A stretch of 63,800 nt of DNA, counting the filler, from Octopus bimaculoides (lineage: Eukaryota): NCBI RefSeq assembly GCF_001194135.2. It is 6 parts of 6 records of this genome, joined end to end, with 100 filler letters (N's around TTAATTAATTAA, not from the genome) between each part and the next. Parts side by side here need not be neighbours in the genome. Positions count along the whole stretch, not along the records: positions 29,131 to 54,939 come from NC_068983.1; positions 55,040 to 61,907 come from NC_068982.1; 4 more parts are not named here. The stretch is one strand, 5' to 3'. The notes beneath the pieces are model-generated. The model was not told the DNA's origin and did no database searches. It was given only the letters and a program-made list of their open reading frames with translations. The position numbers and the translations under genes are program-made. Below, in pieces: positions 45,905-59,950 of the stretch; positions within the stretch are counted from its first letter, which is position 1; the number at the start of each line of letters is the position of its first letter.

Positions 45905-46347
45905 ATGGCACGTGTACCAGTGGAGGACTAAGAACACCGTCCGAGCGTGATCGTTGCCAGAGCAGCTGTCTGGCTTCCGTGCCGGTGGCACGTAAATAGC
46001 ACCATTTGAGTGTGATCGTTACCAATGTCGCCTTTCTGGCACGTGAAAAGACATTCGAGCGAGATTGTTGCCAGTGCCACTGGACTGGCTCCTGTGCAGT
46101 AAAATACACCATTTCGAGTGTGGCCATTGCCAGTACCGCCTGACTGGCCTTCGTGCCGGTGGCAGGTAAAAGCACCCACTACATTCTCGGAGTGGTTGGC
46201 ATTAGGAAGGGCATCCAGCTGTAGAAACTCTGCCAAATCAGATTGGAGCCTGGTGTAGCCACCTGGTTCACCAGTCCTCAGTCAAATCGTTCAACCCATG
46301 CTAGCATGGAAAGCAGACGTTAAACGATGATGATGATGATGATGATA
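45905..46347 (+). mobile_element. RTE-tail element with five tandem units (~50-65 bp)
   Basis: Same ordered array and tail as 1-423. Confidence 0.85.
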
Positions 46348-46883
46348 CTATATATTATATAATACAATACTTAAATCTCAATCTTTATCAATTAATCAGA
46401 TAATCAATAACACTAATCTTGATGACATAATACACTTAATATATCTACGTACTAATCTTAAATGTGTGTTACATAAGCCCATATGCATATATGTGTTTTC
46501 TCTCACACACACTTAAATATATAATGTTATATAGAATAAACTATGAATCAATATACAAATATAATTATTTGACTAATTACTTTACTGTTTCATATCATAA
46601 TAATTATAATTGACTTTTTCATGAATTAGATGCAAGCATATAAGGGAATATACATGTATATTAATAAACTGATCTGACTTCATAACACATTACTAACATA
46701 CGTACACATAAATCAACTTAGACAGTAAACATCTATATACACACACACACATAAACATTAATACATAAACTGAATATCCATACCTATAAATGCATTTATA
46801 ATTATAGAAATATTTGATAACCTTTTACTAATATACATACACACTTACATGCTAATAAAGTAACTTAAGCAGTAAGGATCTAT

Positions 46884-46932
<49 letters not shown>

Positions 46933-48178
46933 ATCAATGACATGCATACTTGTATTCAATAACCTTATGAAGACATACCTACACACATACGTACACATAA
47001 ATTAACTTAGGCAATGAACATATGTATATACACATACAAGCACATACATAAACATACACTCACACATAAACCAAAATGGACCATGAACATCCATGTTTTG
47101 TAAAAAAAATGCTTATTTCATTTTTATTTATTTATTTTTATTATTAATATAATATTTTATTATTTTCATTATTTATTATTAATCTTTATTTTTATCCTTT
47201 ATTTTAATTCTTATGTACTTTAATTCATTATTATTATCATATTTAAATAAAAGTAAAAATATTAACACATGCACATGTGCACACACACACACACAGTAAA
47301 AATGCTTTCATCTGTTTAGTCTGCTGGAGTATTTCAACTGATCAAAATGTAAACTCTGTAATGCCCTGAAGATCTTCCACCCAGGGTACTCAAAATGCAA
47401 ACTTATATTATTACATATGTTTTGTAATTTAAATTAGGTGTGAAGTGAAATAATTGTAGGCAATGTTAATTAATTAATTTATATCCATTGAATCTCTTCA
47501 TTTTCAAACTTATTAATCATATATATATGTCTATAATATATTAAAAATCAGTTTGAATCTTGCTTGCTTGCAAGGTTTCCCAGCCAAACTGGTGCATAAT
47601 GGAAAAATACTATGAATTAAGTTTACCCTGAAATGTTAATACGAATGGAATAAAACAAGTTTCACGTAAATCAAATAAGTAGTTTTGAAGATATTAGCAA
47701 TTTTCAGGTATAAATACCCAAAACAGTGCATAATGGGAAAATATTCCGGAAATAATCTTCATCCTGAAAGGGAAGAAACTCTTATCTTTGTATTAGATGC
47801 GGTGACTTGACAACGAAAAAATACAAATTTTTTTACAGTAAATGTTTCTATTTTCGCTTTTGTTAAACACAATATTTTAATCATTTAGAAATATTTCTAA
47901 GAGAATGTGATTTCGAAAATGTAAGCTGTTTGTACAGTAAGTATTTATATTTTAGCTTTCTTTAAACAGACAATATTTTAATGTTTTTCAAAAATTATTT
48001 TCAAGTGAATATCATTACAAAAATTTATTTTTGGCATATTTAAAAAACAGTTTAAAGTGAAAATGACTTTAAAAATACGGTAAATATTTCATAAAAGACA
48101 CGTTCATAACCTTGTTGGGAAATAGTTTTTTATCCATAGGTTTTTTCCAAGTGCATTCAACGTGTCTAACCTCCAAAG

Positions 48179-48289
48179 ATTTGGCTGCTATTTCTAGCAC
48201 GCCCTGCTACCACGTAACAGCTATTTGTGATAAAGGACCTGAAATACCTGTTACATAGTAGCAGAGCGTGCAAGAAATAGCAGCCAAAT
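48179..48289. repeat. Foldback inverted repeat, ~42-bp arms with 27-nt loop
   Basis: ATTTGGCTGCTATTTCTAGCACGCCCTGCTAC versus GTAGCAGAGCGTGCAAGAAATAGCAGCCAAAT: 30/32 complementary, and the pairing extends inward. Confidence 0.9.
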
Positions 48290-48399
48290 TGTTCCTTTTC
48301 TGGGGAAAGGAGCTGTTTACACGTGATTTTGATGTCACATTCGTTGAAAACCTGTGAAATAACCTGGAAAAGAAAAAAAAGACTCATGAAACAAAACTC

Positions 48400-48725
48400 T
48401 GTTGCCGGGAAACTAACGCCAACCACTCTGAGAGTGTAGTGGGTGCTTTTACGTGCCAACGGCACGAGGGCCCATCACATAGTACTGGCAACGGCCACGC
48501 TCAAAATGGTGTTTTTTACGTGCCACCTGCACAGGAATCAGTCCAGCAGCACTGGCAACAGCCTCGCTTGAATGATTTTCTAACATGCCACCAGCACAAG
48601 TGTCAGTAAGGCTGGTAACGATCACGCTCAAATGGTTCTATTTACGTGCCACTAGCACGGAAGCCAGACAGCTGTTCTGGCAATGATCACGCTCAGACTG
48701 TGCTGTTAGTGCTCTACTGGCACAG
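48400..48725 (-). mobile_element. RTE-tail element with ~65-bp units, tail truncated
   Basis: Reverse complement of the array at 1-260. Confidence 0.85.
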
Positions 48726-49149
48726 GTGCCAGTCATCGAATTTGGTTCAATTACAATTTCGATTTCACTTGCCCCAACAGGTCTTCACAAGCAGAGTTTA
48801 GTGTTCAATGAAGGAGAGGTTGGCATGGGTGCCAGTTGTCGAATTTNNNNNNNNNNNNNNNNNNNNNNNNNNNNNNNNNNNNNNNNNNNNNNNNNNNNNN
48901 NNNNNNNNNNNNNNNNNNNNNNNNNNNNNNNNNNNNNNNNNNNNNNNNNNNNNNNNNNNNNNNNNNNNNNNNATATATATATGTATATATATATATATAT
49001 ATTCACACACACTCCCACATATATATAAGTATATGTGTGTGTGTGTATACACACATGTATGTATATATATGTTTGAGACAAAGTGGCTGAACTCCTTTCG
49101 GGTGCTGGGCCTCACGGAAGCAATGAGTGAGACCTTTGGTATTATGTCG

Positions 49150-49350
49150 TGCAAATGGCACCCGTGCCAGTGGCACGTAAAAACACCCATTAGACTCTTG
49201 GAGTGGTTGGTATTAAGAAGGGCATCCAGCCATAGAAAGCCATGCCAAATCAGACTGGAGTCTGGTGCAGCCTTCCAGCTTGCTAGCCCTTGTCAAACCA
49301 TCCTACCCATGCCAGCATGGACAACAGATGCTAAATGATGATGATGATGA
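49150..49350 (+). mobile_element. RTE-tail element
   Basis: Last array unit plus tail and (GAT)n. Confidence 0.8.
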
Positions 49351-49569
49351 CATCATCTTCATCATCTTTTTAATGTTATCTTTTTAATGTCAACTTTTCC
49401 AAATGAAGTAATAATCAACCAGTTTAGTGAGTAACAAATAACATACACACTGAAACAAAAATCCTACAATGTGTCTAGACATGTTAAGAAGCTAGGACAT
49501 GTTTTGTTTTGTGAGCTGTAAGTAAATGACATCATCAGCAAAGCCATTGTTTACAGCTGACAAGTGGAT

Positions 49570-50350
49570 ATACTTATATCATCATCATCAGCATTGTTTA
49601 ATGTCCTCCTTCCATGCTGGCATGGGTTGGATGGTTTGCTGGCATAGGTTGGCCAGGCAGGAGCCTGCACCATATTTCTGTGTCTATTTTGGCATGGCTT
49701 TTATGGCTAGATGCCTTTCATAACACCAACCACCCTGCAGAGTGGACTGTGCTTTTTATGTGACAACAGCGCAGGTGAGGTCAATTTTGGCATGGTTTTT
49801 ACAGCTGGAGGCCCTTTCAAATGCCAACCACTTCACAGTGTGGACTGGATGTTTTTTTTTATTTGGCACCTGCATTGGCAGGGTAACCAAGTAACTTTGC
49901 GAAACAATGAATCTTAGAGAGGGGAGGGGGCACTGGAGGAGGTGATTTTGTGTTAGATGATGAATGGTTAGAGTGTGACAGAGAGACAGAAACAGGTGTC
50001 TTACAGTAGAAGAGGTACATGGTTACCCAGCAGAGAGAGGGGAGAGAGAGAGAGAGAGTTAACAAGAAAGGGGACAGGAACAGGTGTGCAGCTGTAAAGG
50101 AGATAGATGGTTACCTAGCCACAGGGAAGAGCAAGAGAAGGAGAGAGAGAAGTTGATCAAGAATGAAGGCAGAAACAGGTGTGCTGCTGAAGAGGAGATG
50201 AGACACAGTTATCCAGAGGGAGAGAGAGAGTTAACAAGAAAGAGGGCAGAAACAGGTATGCTGCTGTAGAAGAGATACATGGTTACCCACCCAGAGGTAA
50301 GAGCAAGGGAAAAGAGAGAGAGAGAGAGAGTAGAAGACAGCAAGAGAGAG
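49570..50350 (-). mobile_element. RTE-tail element with a different ~87-bp minisatellite
   Basis: Tail at 49570-49830; AACAGGT anchors at 49991, 50079, 50174 and 50251. Confidence 0.6.
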
Positions 50351-50539
50351 AGAGCATATATATACGTATGTGTATATACAAGAAATGAGGGCAGGGAATC
50401 GTCAATTAATAATAGAATTAACAATTAACAATTTTGCCAAGTAGTTCAGTATGAAATAAACCTTTATCGGTAAGACCATTTATCATCATAAATATAAGGG
50501 ATTAGCAATTGAGTTGCTTCTCCATGTGGCTGGCACAAA

Positions 50540-51590
50540 GTTCCAGCCAGATCAAGGATGGCATGAAGGTGGAATAGTGAAGTAAGGGCTGCCATAAAAG
50601 CAAAGAGATAGGCTTTGAAAGATTGGAAGAATGAGGGTTACAGAGAATTATATGAAGTGACTAGAAGAGAAGCTAGGAGACAGGTATATATAGCAAAGGG
50701 AGAAACTAAGAGGTTTGCCAGTATGAGAACAAGAGGTATGGGGTGCTCCAGATTTCAAGATAGGCAGTATTGAGATGATATGGGTATGTGCAGGTGGATA
50801 ATGGTACATTTGCACTTAGTGAGTCTAAAAAGAAAGAGGCATTGAAGTGCTACTATGAAAGGCTATTAAAAGTGCAGAATGCATGGGAGAAAGAGAGTCA
50901 TCCCAACGTAGATACAACAGAAGGGCAAGCTATCTTAGTCAACATAAGCATGAGAGATAAAGCAACTAAGGATACAGAGGCAGGGAAAGCCTCTGATCCA
51001 TCAGGAATCACCACTGAGACACTTACAATATCTGGTGATATAGGATACAGTCAGCTGTATAGTTAATCAAGTTATAGAGTAAGGTGTCATATCCAATGAC
51101 TGCTACAAAGGTCAAAGAAATATTGCAGAGATATCAAACTACTGGACCACGCCTTGAAAATTACAGAAAGTGTTACAGTCCAGTTATTTTGGAAGAGAAT
51201 TAGGTTAGATGAGATGCAGTTTGGTTTTGTGTCTGGGAGAAGTATTACTGATGCCCACCTTATTACTAGACAACTTCATGAGAATTATTTAGCCAAAAGT
51301 AAGCCATTAGTATTTGTCAACCTGGAGAAAATCTTTGACAGAGTCCCTCACTCCAAATTGGTGGCTGTTGAGGAAGTTTAGAGTAGATGAATGGCTTGTG
51401 AGAGCCATACAAGTAATGCACAGGGGTGATGTAAGGTGAGAGTGAGCAATAAATTTAGTGTGTAGGTAGGAGTCCACCAGGGCTCAATTCTCAGTTCGAC
51501 CTATTCATCATAGTTCTCCACACCATAACAGAGAAATTTAACAGGTTGCCCTTTGATACTACTGTATGCTGATAACCTCATTCTTAAACC
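50540..51590 (+). pseudogene. RTE LINE ORF fragment (linker and RT), decayed
   Basis: WNSEVRAAIKAK, YYERLL, LDEMQFGFVSGRS.TDA, VNLEKIFDRVP, GVHQGS.LS. Confidence 0.85.
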
Positions 51591-51654
51591 AGAAATAGAA
51601 AATAAATTCATTTCTAATATACATACACACACATACATACCTACATATATATAG

Positions 51655-53030
51655 AAGCAGAGCGGAGTGCTCTCTTCTCAGTAGGGGTCTGCACTTCATC
51701 CCTCTCGCTCCTTCTAGTAACAAGTTTCAAACTCATGCTGATATCCAACACTTTGTGCACCACATCAGGCTACATGCACTATTCCACAATACTCCACCTG
51801 CATCTAATGAAGAGGACTGCTTTGCTGACCTGGGCCACCAACCATCCTACTGGACGCCAGCTTCTGGCCAGTTCCAAGCAGTTGATCAATTTGCAAGTAT
51901 TTGCCAACATGCTGTGGACCAGTTCAACTTTCACAGGTGTCCCTGACATTTCAACATCTCCCCGGCCAAACTCTTGGCTCTTTGATGTCTCTGACACTAC
52001 AAAGATATTGTTATCAAACTGGCCGACAAAAGTGGAGATGTAGAGATGTGGCGTGTAGACCTTTACAGGGCTGAAGCGCTCTGCCAACTTAAAGATACTT
52101 CCAACCCCATGCCTAACTACCAATAGACTGTCCTCCACTATTCATGACTTCATTTCCTCCTCCCATCTCCCTACCACCACCTCCAATTTCATCGTCTGCA
52201 CCCCACTATTTACTTCCTACCCAAAATTCACAAGCCCAACAACCCTGGCCACCCCATCGTCTCCACCTGCAACTGCCCCACTGAAATGATCTCCCCTCAC
52301 ACATTCACGACACTAATCATGCTCTCCATCTGTTTAACTCTTTCTCCTTCCCTTCTGGCCCTCTCAACTTCTGTTCACTCTCAACATTAAATCTTTGTAT
52401 ATGGTGATCCCACACAACGAAGGCCTTTTTGTGCTTAACCATTTCCTTGACCTTCAGCCAGAATGTCAACCTGACACCTCCACACTTGTTTATTTGGCTG
52501 AACTTGTCCTCTCCCTCAACTCTTTCTCGTTCACAGGGGAGTTTTATCAACAGTTCTCAGGAGTGGCCATGGGAATAAGAATGGACCCTAAGTCTGCAAA
52601 CTTGTTCATTGGCTATGTTGAAGCCCAAATAGTCTTACAATTCACTGATCTCACTCCCGAGCTATACAGTCGTTATATTGATGATTGTATCAGCATGCCC
52701 TCACTCTCCTGCGAACATCTAGACTACTCCTTCTCCTTTGTCCAATCCTTCTATCCTGCCCGCGAATTCTCCTGCATTATCTCTAACTCTTACGTTGAAT
52801 TTCTTGACATTTCTGTCAGCATCCACCCCTCCAATCTTACTACCACCATCCACTACAAACACACTGATTCACACTCCTACCTTAACTTTTCCTCTCCCCA
52901 CCTTACCCACACCAAGCTCGCCATCCCCTCCTCCCAATTCCTCTGTCTATGCAGGCTCTGCAGTGATGACTGTGAATTTGAGACTCAGTCTCAACTCATG
53001 GCTGTCCGCTTCATCCTACATAGATTTATC
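51655..53030 (+). pseudogene. PLE (Neptune/Poseidon-like) N-terminal domain and RT, decayed and 3'-truncated
   Basis: GLHFIP, DIVIKLADKSG, YFLPKIHKPNNPGHPIVS, GVAMG, RYIDDC, FLDISV, HTDSHSYL. Confidence 0.85.
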
Positions 53031-53575
53031 AGTATGTATATGTATCGTTTGCTTATATATTTGTCAATGTATCTCTACTGAGGATTGCAAAATAATCTTT
53101 ATTACAGAGCATGAAATATTAAGATATAAGATCATCCAAAATTTTGTAAATCTTCATACTCATTACCTCACATTCGACCTCGAGTTATAAACAGAGAACA
53201 ACTTTAGAGTACATTGTAGGTATTTGACATCTGCTTCTAGTGTATAGACACTGGCATTCCAGTGCCCTTAATTATAATTATATTTTTATAATTATATACT
53301 TAAAAATAAATTTTACTGATGTGGTCATTTTTTTGTATGCTAGCCACTGATATAATCATTTTAATGATTATAACCTCAATTTATAAGTATATGTATATAT
53401 ACATATATATATATGTATATATCCATATATGTATACACATATATATATGTATATACATACATGGATATATATATATATATATGTATATATAGATATATGT
53501 ATATATGCATATATATATATGTATATATGTGTATATATGAGTGTGTGTGCGTGTATACAAACACACACACACATA

Positions 53576-54790
53576 CGACAGAAGTAAATAGACACCCCAT
53601 AAAACATCGTTTTATGTTGATTCTAATTTGTAAAGGTTTATATTTATCATTAATTGACATTTTTATATTTCAGGTTCTGTATGTGACTGTTTAATCATGC
53701 CATGTACTAAAGAAGCCTTAGAATTTCAGAGGCCGTATTGTGGGTCATTCTGAAGGTGGACATAGTCAAAGTAAAATCGCAGAAAACCTTAGAATCCTGC
53801 TTTCTACAGTTAATAGAGTGATTGTGCAAATCACCATAGAGGGGAAGGAGTCCACATCACCTCAACCAGGGCCCTTTGACAAGACCCTTCTCTTTGTTAA
53901 GAGAAGTGTGGATGATAATCCTCGTTGCAAGGCATCTCACATACCAGAATAAATTGATGAGTCCTAGAACAGCTGTCAGGTATCTCCACAAACTTGGTTA
54001 TTATGGCAAAGTAGCAAGAAGGAAGCCACTTCTTCAACCAGTCAACATCAAGCAGAGAAAAGATTGAGCCAGTGAGATGGTGGAGAGGCCACTAGCATTT
54101 TGAGACACTGTCATTTTCTCTGATGAGTTCATATTTGCTGTATTTCCTGACAGTAGTTGAGTGTGGGTCTGGAGATTCTGTGATCAAGAATATGATGTGA
54201 AAAGATTGCAACCAGCAATGAAACACGGCAGCTATTCTTTGATGGTCTGGGGAGCAATTTGGAGCAACGGTTGATCAGAGCTGGTGGAGTGTGAGGGCAA
54301 CATAAACTCAGCTAAATATGTATCCATATTGCAGAGAGAACTCCTTCCAATCTTCTCCAGAGGTGAAATGATTAAAGAAGACTATTTATGGAAGATGGGG
54401 CTCTTTGTCACATGGCTAAAATGACCCAAGATTTGTTGGATGAGAATGGCATTAAAAAAAAGCTTCAATGGCCAAGCCAGTCACCAGATATGAACCCTAT
54501 TGAACACTTCTGAAACATAATGGACAGGACACTTCATAAAAAGGACAAGAAGGCATCTTCAAAGCCAGATCTTTTGAGATTACTGCATGAAACTTAGCAA
54601 GAAATTCCACAAGAGAATATTTGTCATCTGACCAGTAACATGCCTAATAGTGTCCTTGCATTGAAAAATGCAAAAGGCATGTCTACTGAATATTAAATAT
54701 TCACATTATGAGCAATAAATAATTTGAAACTATAATTTCAGATTTAAATACTTTTTAATGATTATAAGGGTGTCTATTAACTTCTGTCAT
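53576..54790 (+). mobile_element. Tc1-type DNA transposon, decayed
   Basis: TIR GACAGAAGT(A/T)AATAGACACCC at both ends; ARRKPLL, IFSDE, MVWGAI, EDGA.CH, WPSQSPDMNPIEH. Confidence 0.9.
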
Positions 54791-54939
54791 GTCTATGTAT
54801 AAATGTGTATATGTGTGTGTGTGTGTATATATATATGTATATACACACACACACACACACACATATATGTATGTATATGTATGTATATGTATGTCTGTAT
54901 ATATATATATATACATACATACATACATATATATATATA

Positions 54940-55039
54940 NNNNNNNNNNNNNNNNNNNNNNNNNNNNNNNNNNNNNNNNNNNNTTAATTAATTAANNNNN
55001 NNNNNNNNNNNNNNNNNNNNNNNNNNNNNNNNNNNNNNN
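54940..55039. other. Artificial scaffold linker
   Basis: 44N-TTAATTAATTAA-44N. Confidence 0.95.
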
Positions 55040-55318
55040 TATATATATATATTTATATATATATATATATATATTAATATATGGTAAACGTTAAATTAAT
55101 GAAGCTAGATAAATTTAGCCACCAGCAAAATCATACTATCATACTCATTATATGAAATTCCTTGCTTCAAACATCACCCTCCTTTTCTTTTTCCTCCTTT
55201 CCTCTCTCACTCTCTCTCCCTCTCTTTGTAGGCACACGCACAAATATGTCTCCGCTAACGCATACAACGATACAGAGAGACCTGCAAACTTGCATGCGCA
55301 CCCATTTAGGCACATATA

Positions 55319-55745
55319 CGAGGTCTGATCAATAAGTATTCGGACTGTTGGCATAGTAACGAAGCTGAAGCACGCAGGGTAAAGCCGCTTGGCACAGATT
55401 GACCTTGGACATTGCTGTGCTTTTAACGTTCTAACTCACTTTCGCTGCGTACCACAATGCTTGGAAGACGTGTGTAGCGTGTGATCTTCGCATTGAACAT
55501 AACAGAGAAAGTTATGACGATACCTGCTCAGAGGCCTATGCAAAATTGCAAAGTTGCAGAAAGTGTATGGAGAGGAGTGTATGAACCTCACCCAATGTGC
55601 GAGTGGTTCAGACGTTTCCAAGATGGCCGAAAAATGTCAATATTGAGAAATTTTCTGGCTTGTCTTCGGCCAATGGAGTTTGATTGAGACACCGATTGCC
55701 GAAGACTAGCCACACGCTTGAAACTCAGAGTACCAAGGAATCTGA
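55319..55745 (+). mobile_element. Mariner 5' fragment (second family)
   Basis: TA-CGAGGTCTGATCAATAAGTATTCGGACT terminus; CEWFRRFQDGR HTH remnant. Confidence 0.7.
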
Positions 55746-55759
55746 ATCAAACTGTCTTG

Positions 55760-55833
<74 letters not shown>

Positions 55834-56088
55834 ATATATATATANNNNNNNNNNNNNNNNNNNNNNNNNNNNNNNNNNNNNNNNNNNNNNNNNNNNNNNN
55901 NNNNNNNNNNNNNNNNNNNNNNNNNNNNNNNNNNNNNNNNNNNNNNNNNNNNNNNNNNNNNNNNNNNNNNNNNNNNNNNNNNNNNNNNNNNNNNNNNNNN
56001 NNNNNNNNNNNNNNNNNNNNNNNNNNNNNNNNNNNNNNNNNNNNNNNNNNNNNNNNNNNNNNNNNNNNNNNNNNNNNNNNNNNNNNNN

Positions 56089-56135
<47 letters not shown>

Positions 56136-56601
56136 CTGTCTGTATGTGTCTATCTACATAGAACATGGAATAGTTTGATTTGCTGTAATCTTTCCGCTTG
56201 AGTTCAAATCCCGTCCAGGTCAACATTGCTTCCCAACATTTTCTAGTCGAGAAATATAGTACTGGTGTTACACTAGGGTTTTTTTTCCTTTGTCTTTAAC
56301 TCGCTCTGTATGTTTCTTTCTTCGTTCATGTTACACTCAGATTATTTGAACAACGAGCTTCTTCAAAAAAAATAAAATAAAAAGAAATCATAGATTATAT
56401 TAAAAAAAAACTATCTATTTTTGAATAGAAAGACAACATTTTTTTCTGAAAGGAATTTTTTACATTGTGTATAAGCTCTTTTCCTGTTTAATTTTTCAAA
56501 TCCGTATATAAGAAGTTGTTCTTCGTAGTTTTGTTGACTCACTGGTTTAGTTCCGATTTAAAAATCGTATGAGGCATCCTTCTTTTGCCTTTTGTAGTTC
56601 A

Positions 56602-56679
<78 letters not shown>

Positions 56680-56964
56680 CACAACACACTTGTGTGTGTG
56701 TGTTAAGAGGAACAAAATGAAGTTCCGATCAAATTTATAATACATAATATACATACGTGCAAAGAGTTTTTGCCAACAACTTGCAGGTGGACGTCCTACC
56801 AGTTGACTTCTCTGCATACCAGATGCTAGCATCTTTGTGGAATCATCAGGAGAGAATGTACGCCGTTTCGGGACGTTCATCTCATTGCGCACTGCCCCAC
56901 CCACTTCACGAAAATGAGGCCTCGCTTGCTAGATCAACTATTTATCAGGTTTCGCTCAGTATTT

Positions 56965-57215
56965 TTCTAGGCATTACTCATCGTCTCTTTTTAACCAAAT
57001 CCAGTGGCTTACCTTCTCCACTGTAATCTGGATATCATTCATGGGGGCATTTGCTTAACGATGAGTTAAGCCTTGCGACAACAACAATCGCCTCACACTG
57101 TGTCCAACGAATCCTCTACATCCGACTTCGGTTGGAAAATGCTCAGCTTCCCAGCCTGCGTCTTCACATTCCACGAGTAGGTTTTCATAACGATCATTCT
57201 TTCGTGCCCGAGTCC
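56965..57215 (-). pseudogene. HERO-type non-LTR retrotransposon C-terminus
   Basis: RYENLLVECEDAGWEAEHFPTEVGCRGFVGHSVRRLL...VSHWIWLKRDDE*. Confidence 0.8.
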
Positions 57216-57221
57216 ATATAA

Positions 57222-57277
<56 letters not shown>

Positions 57278-57531
57278 GTGAGTGTGTGTGTGAGTGTGTG
57301 TAGATATAAATACGTATATCTATCTATCTGTCTGTCTCTCTATACATATGGATATATATATATATTTGCACACACACACACATACACACATGTCCTTCCT
57401 TCAGTTCCTTCTTCGCTCTTACTCGCATTCACCTCAGTTTTCTTCTTCCGGATGCATGAGGAATATCGCCTCCATTCCATACAAATATTATCGAACCGAT
57501 TCTTGCTACTTGTGCATGTGTGTGTGTGTGT

Positions 57532-57572
<41 letters not shown>

Positions 57573-57949
57573 TGTGTGTGAAGTGACGTTAATCAAGTAA
57601 AAAAGAACGCATCCAACCAAGCGGTCCTCCATGCAACCAACAACAATAACGACAACAACAACAAGAAATAAGGACATAAGTGATGCGCCAATCAAATCTT
57701 ATCTTTCGCTGGCTGCCACCCCGCTGCCCTCCCCCTCCCCATTCCTTCCAGTTGTCTTCATACCACAACGATTCTCTCATGTCACGCAGTAGACTAATTA
57801 TTCCAATATCCATTTTGAAGATTTTTCTCTCTGCAACCTTATGATGCACATCTAAGCCGTACATTGCGTGCAGCTGCAAGTTACTTGCTTTCTTCAATGT
57901 GCAACTATCTATACAAAACCGAGATGCGTGAAATAGCTGGGAATTTTAT

Positions 57950-58280
57950 AAAACACTAGGAAGGGCAACAGCAGCAGTAGCAGCAGTAGGAGGGGTTGTA
58001 GTGGTGGTAGGAGTGGCAACAACACATACGAGAACAACAACCAGAATTGCAGTTACAACAATAACAAGAAACAATTACAACAGCAGCAGCAACGGTATCG
58101 ATATCCGTAGAACGTGCAGTGACAACAACAAATGCAATGACAACAGGAAAATCACTGCAACAACAACAACAAAAACGTCTGTAAAAGCAAGAACAGTAAA
58201 AACAACAAAAGAATTGTAAAAAAATAATAACATGAACAAAAACAATAGCAACAACAACAACAACAACAACAACAATGAGC
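57950..58280. repeat. (CAA)n/(CAG)n cryptic trinucleotide block
   Basis: Direct inspection. Confidence 0.85.
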
Positions 58281-58467
58281 AAGCTAAATGCAGCAATATG
58301 CCTTTACAAACGTGACAAATGTATAAAATGTATGTATGTTGCTTAAATGTTGAACGAATAAAAAAGGAGTGCTCAATACATTTTGTAGAGGAAGCTGAAC
58401 CTGAAACAAAGAGTTTCTTGGCTCTTCAGATGTAACTCTATGTACGCATATATTTGCTTTTAATGTG

Positions 58468-58532
<65 letters not shown>

Positions 58533-58582
58533 NNNNNNNNNNNNNNNNNNNNNNNNNNNNNNNNNNNNNNNNNNNNNNNNNN

Positions 58583-58660
<78 letters not shown>

Positions 58661-59451
58661 AGATTTTAGTAAGCATTGTAAAATACTTGTATGTATGTGT
58701 GTATGTATCTATAGACATACACACACACACACACACACGCACACACAAAAATAAGTAATTACATTCCAAATAAATATGTATCTAACCATCCAGACTGTTT
58801 GGATTTTGGAAGCTTTAAAAGTGTTCCTCAGCGTTAGAAAATTAAAAAATGACACAAAGAAAACAAATATGTTGTCACTTGAAAAAATAATCTATTATTA
58901 TTATACCTTAGACAATTTATCGTATACTTGTGTAAAATGTTTCACGAAAGAACACCTTGTTCTACTTTGAGGCTAGGCTCCTACACCAAATTAAAATAAT
59001 TTCAGTTCAAAATTAGTCGAGCACTTTGTGAGAGGAATGCAACTTGAATATAACATCGAATATAACATATTTTAATATATATCACTTGATTTGTGTCACA
59101 TCGTTTACATTAAATTCGAGCATTTCTATAAATCGAGCAATCTCATAAATTAAAAAAAAACTATTGCTTTGTGTATTTCGAGCAATGACTGCATTTAAAC
59201 TTATTTTATTTGTTTCTTATAGAGGAGGGAAACAAGACGGAATACATAATGAAGAGTCTATATTTATTAGGAACCAGTTCATGATTCACTGTTATCACTG
59301 AGATTTTATCGCCAAGTGCGTCCAATCAGGCAAATTTGAAATGAGCCGCTGTGTTTTGAAGACATCACTAATAATGACTATAAGAAGGTGACTTTTATTT
59401 TGTGTTACATGCGTGGAGATGATGCAGTTGCTGTTTATTGTTAATAGTGTA

Positions 59452-59950
59452 AGAGGGTGGCCTTAAAAGTTCATAGACTGACTATGAAGGAATGATGCCA
59501 GAGCTGATGCTAAATCATGCATGCATTAATTCCATCTCTCGTAAATAACTGCATTACTTCTTTCCAGGTAAACTAACATCTGACTGTTCAAAGACGATTT
59601 CAAAAGTAACTAGTAGCCACTTCCTTTCAAACTGGACAATATTTGGTATCGTGGTGTTATCCAGTACCTGCTGATAAGAGGTTTAGCGCTCAACGACATT
59701 CATGATGCCGTAGTTGCTACATTAGTGAATGTCGCTGCAGCTTTATCAACAATGCAAAGTGGATAGCTGAATTTAGCAAGGGAACGGAGAGTTATGAAGA
59801 TGACCCAAGCTTTGGATGCCCTGCTACTGCCACCACCGAGGAAAACATTGACCGTGTTCACCACATTCTCATAGATTACAGACGATTGACTATAAATCAA
59901 ATAGCCAAAGAGTTAAGAATATCTTGCACAACGAACTTGGTATGACAAAT
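59452..59950 (+). mobile_element. Mariner 5' fragment (third family)
   Basis: GAGGGTGGCCTTAAAAGTTC terminus; YRGVIQYL, EDDPSFGCPATATTEENIDRVHH...RRLTINQIA. Confidence 0.8.

Noticed and set aside
47378-47410. CTGAAGA followed by ACCCAGGGTA
   Set aside because: GAAA and stems I and II are absent
59223-59387. Possible exon with pyrimidine-rich acceptor and AAG|GTGACT donor
   Set aside because: Stops in all three frames and no supporting evidence
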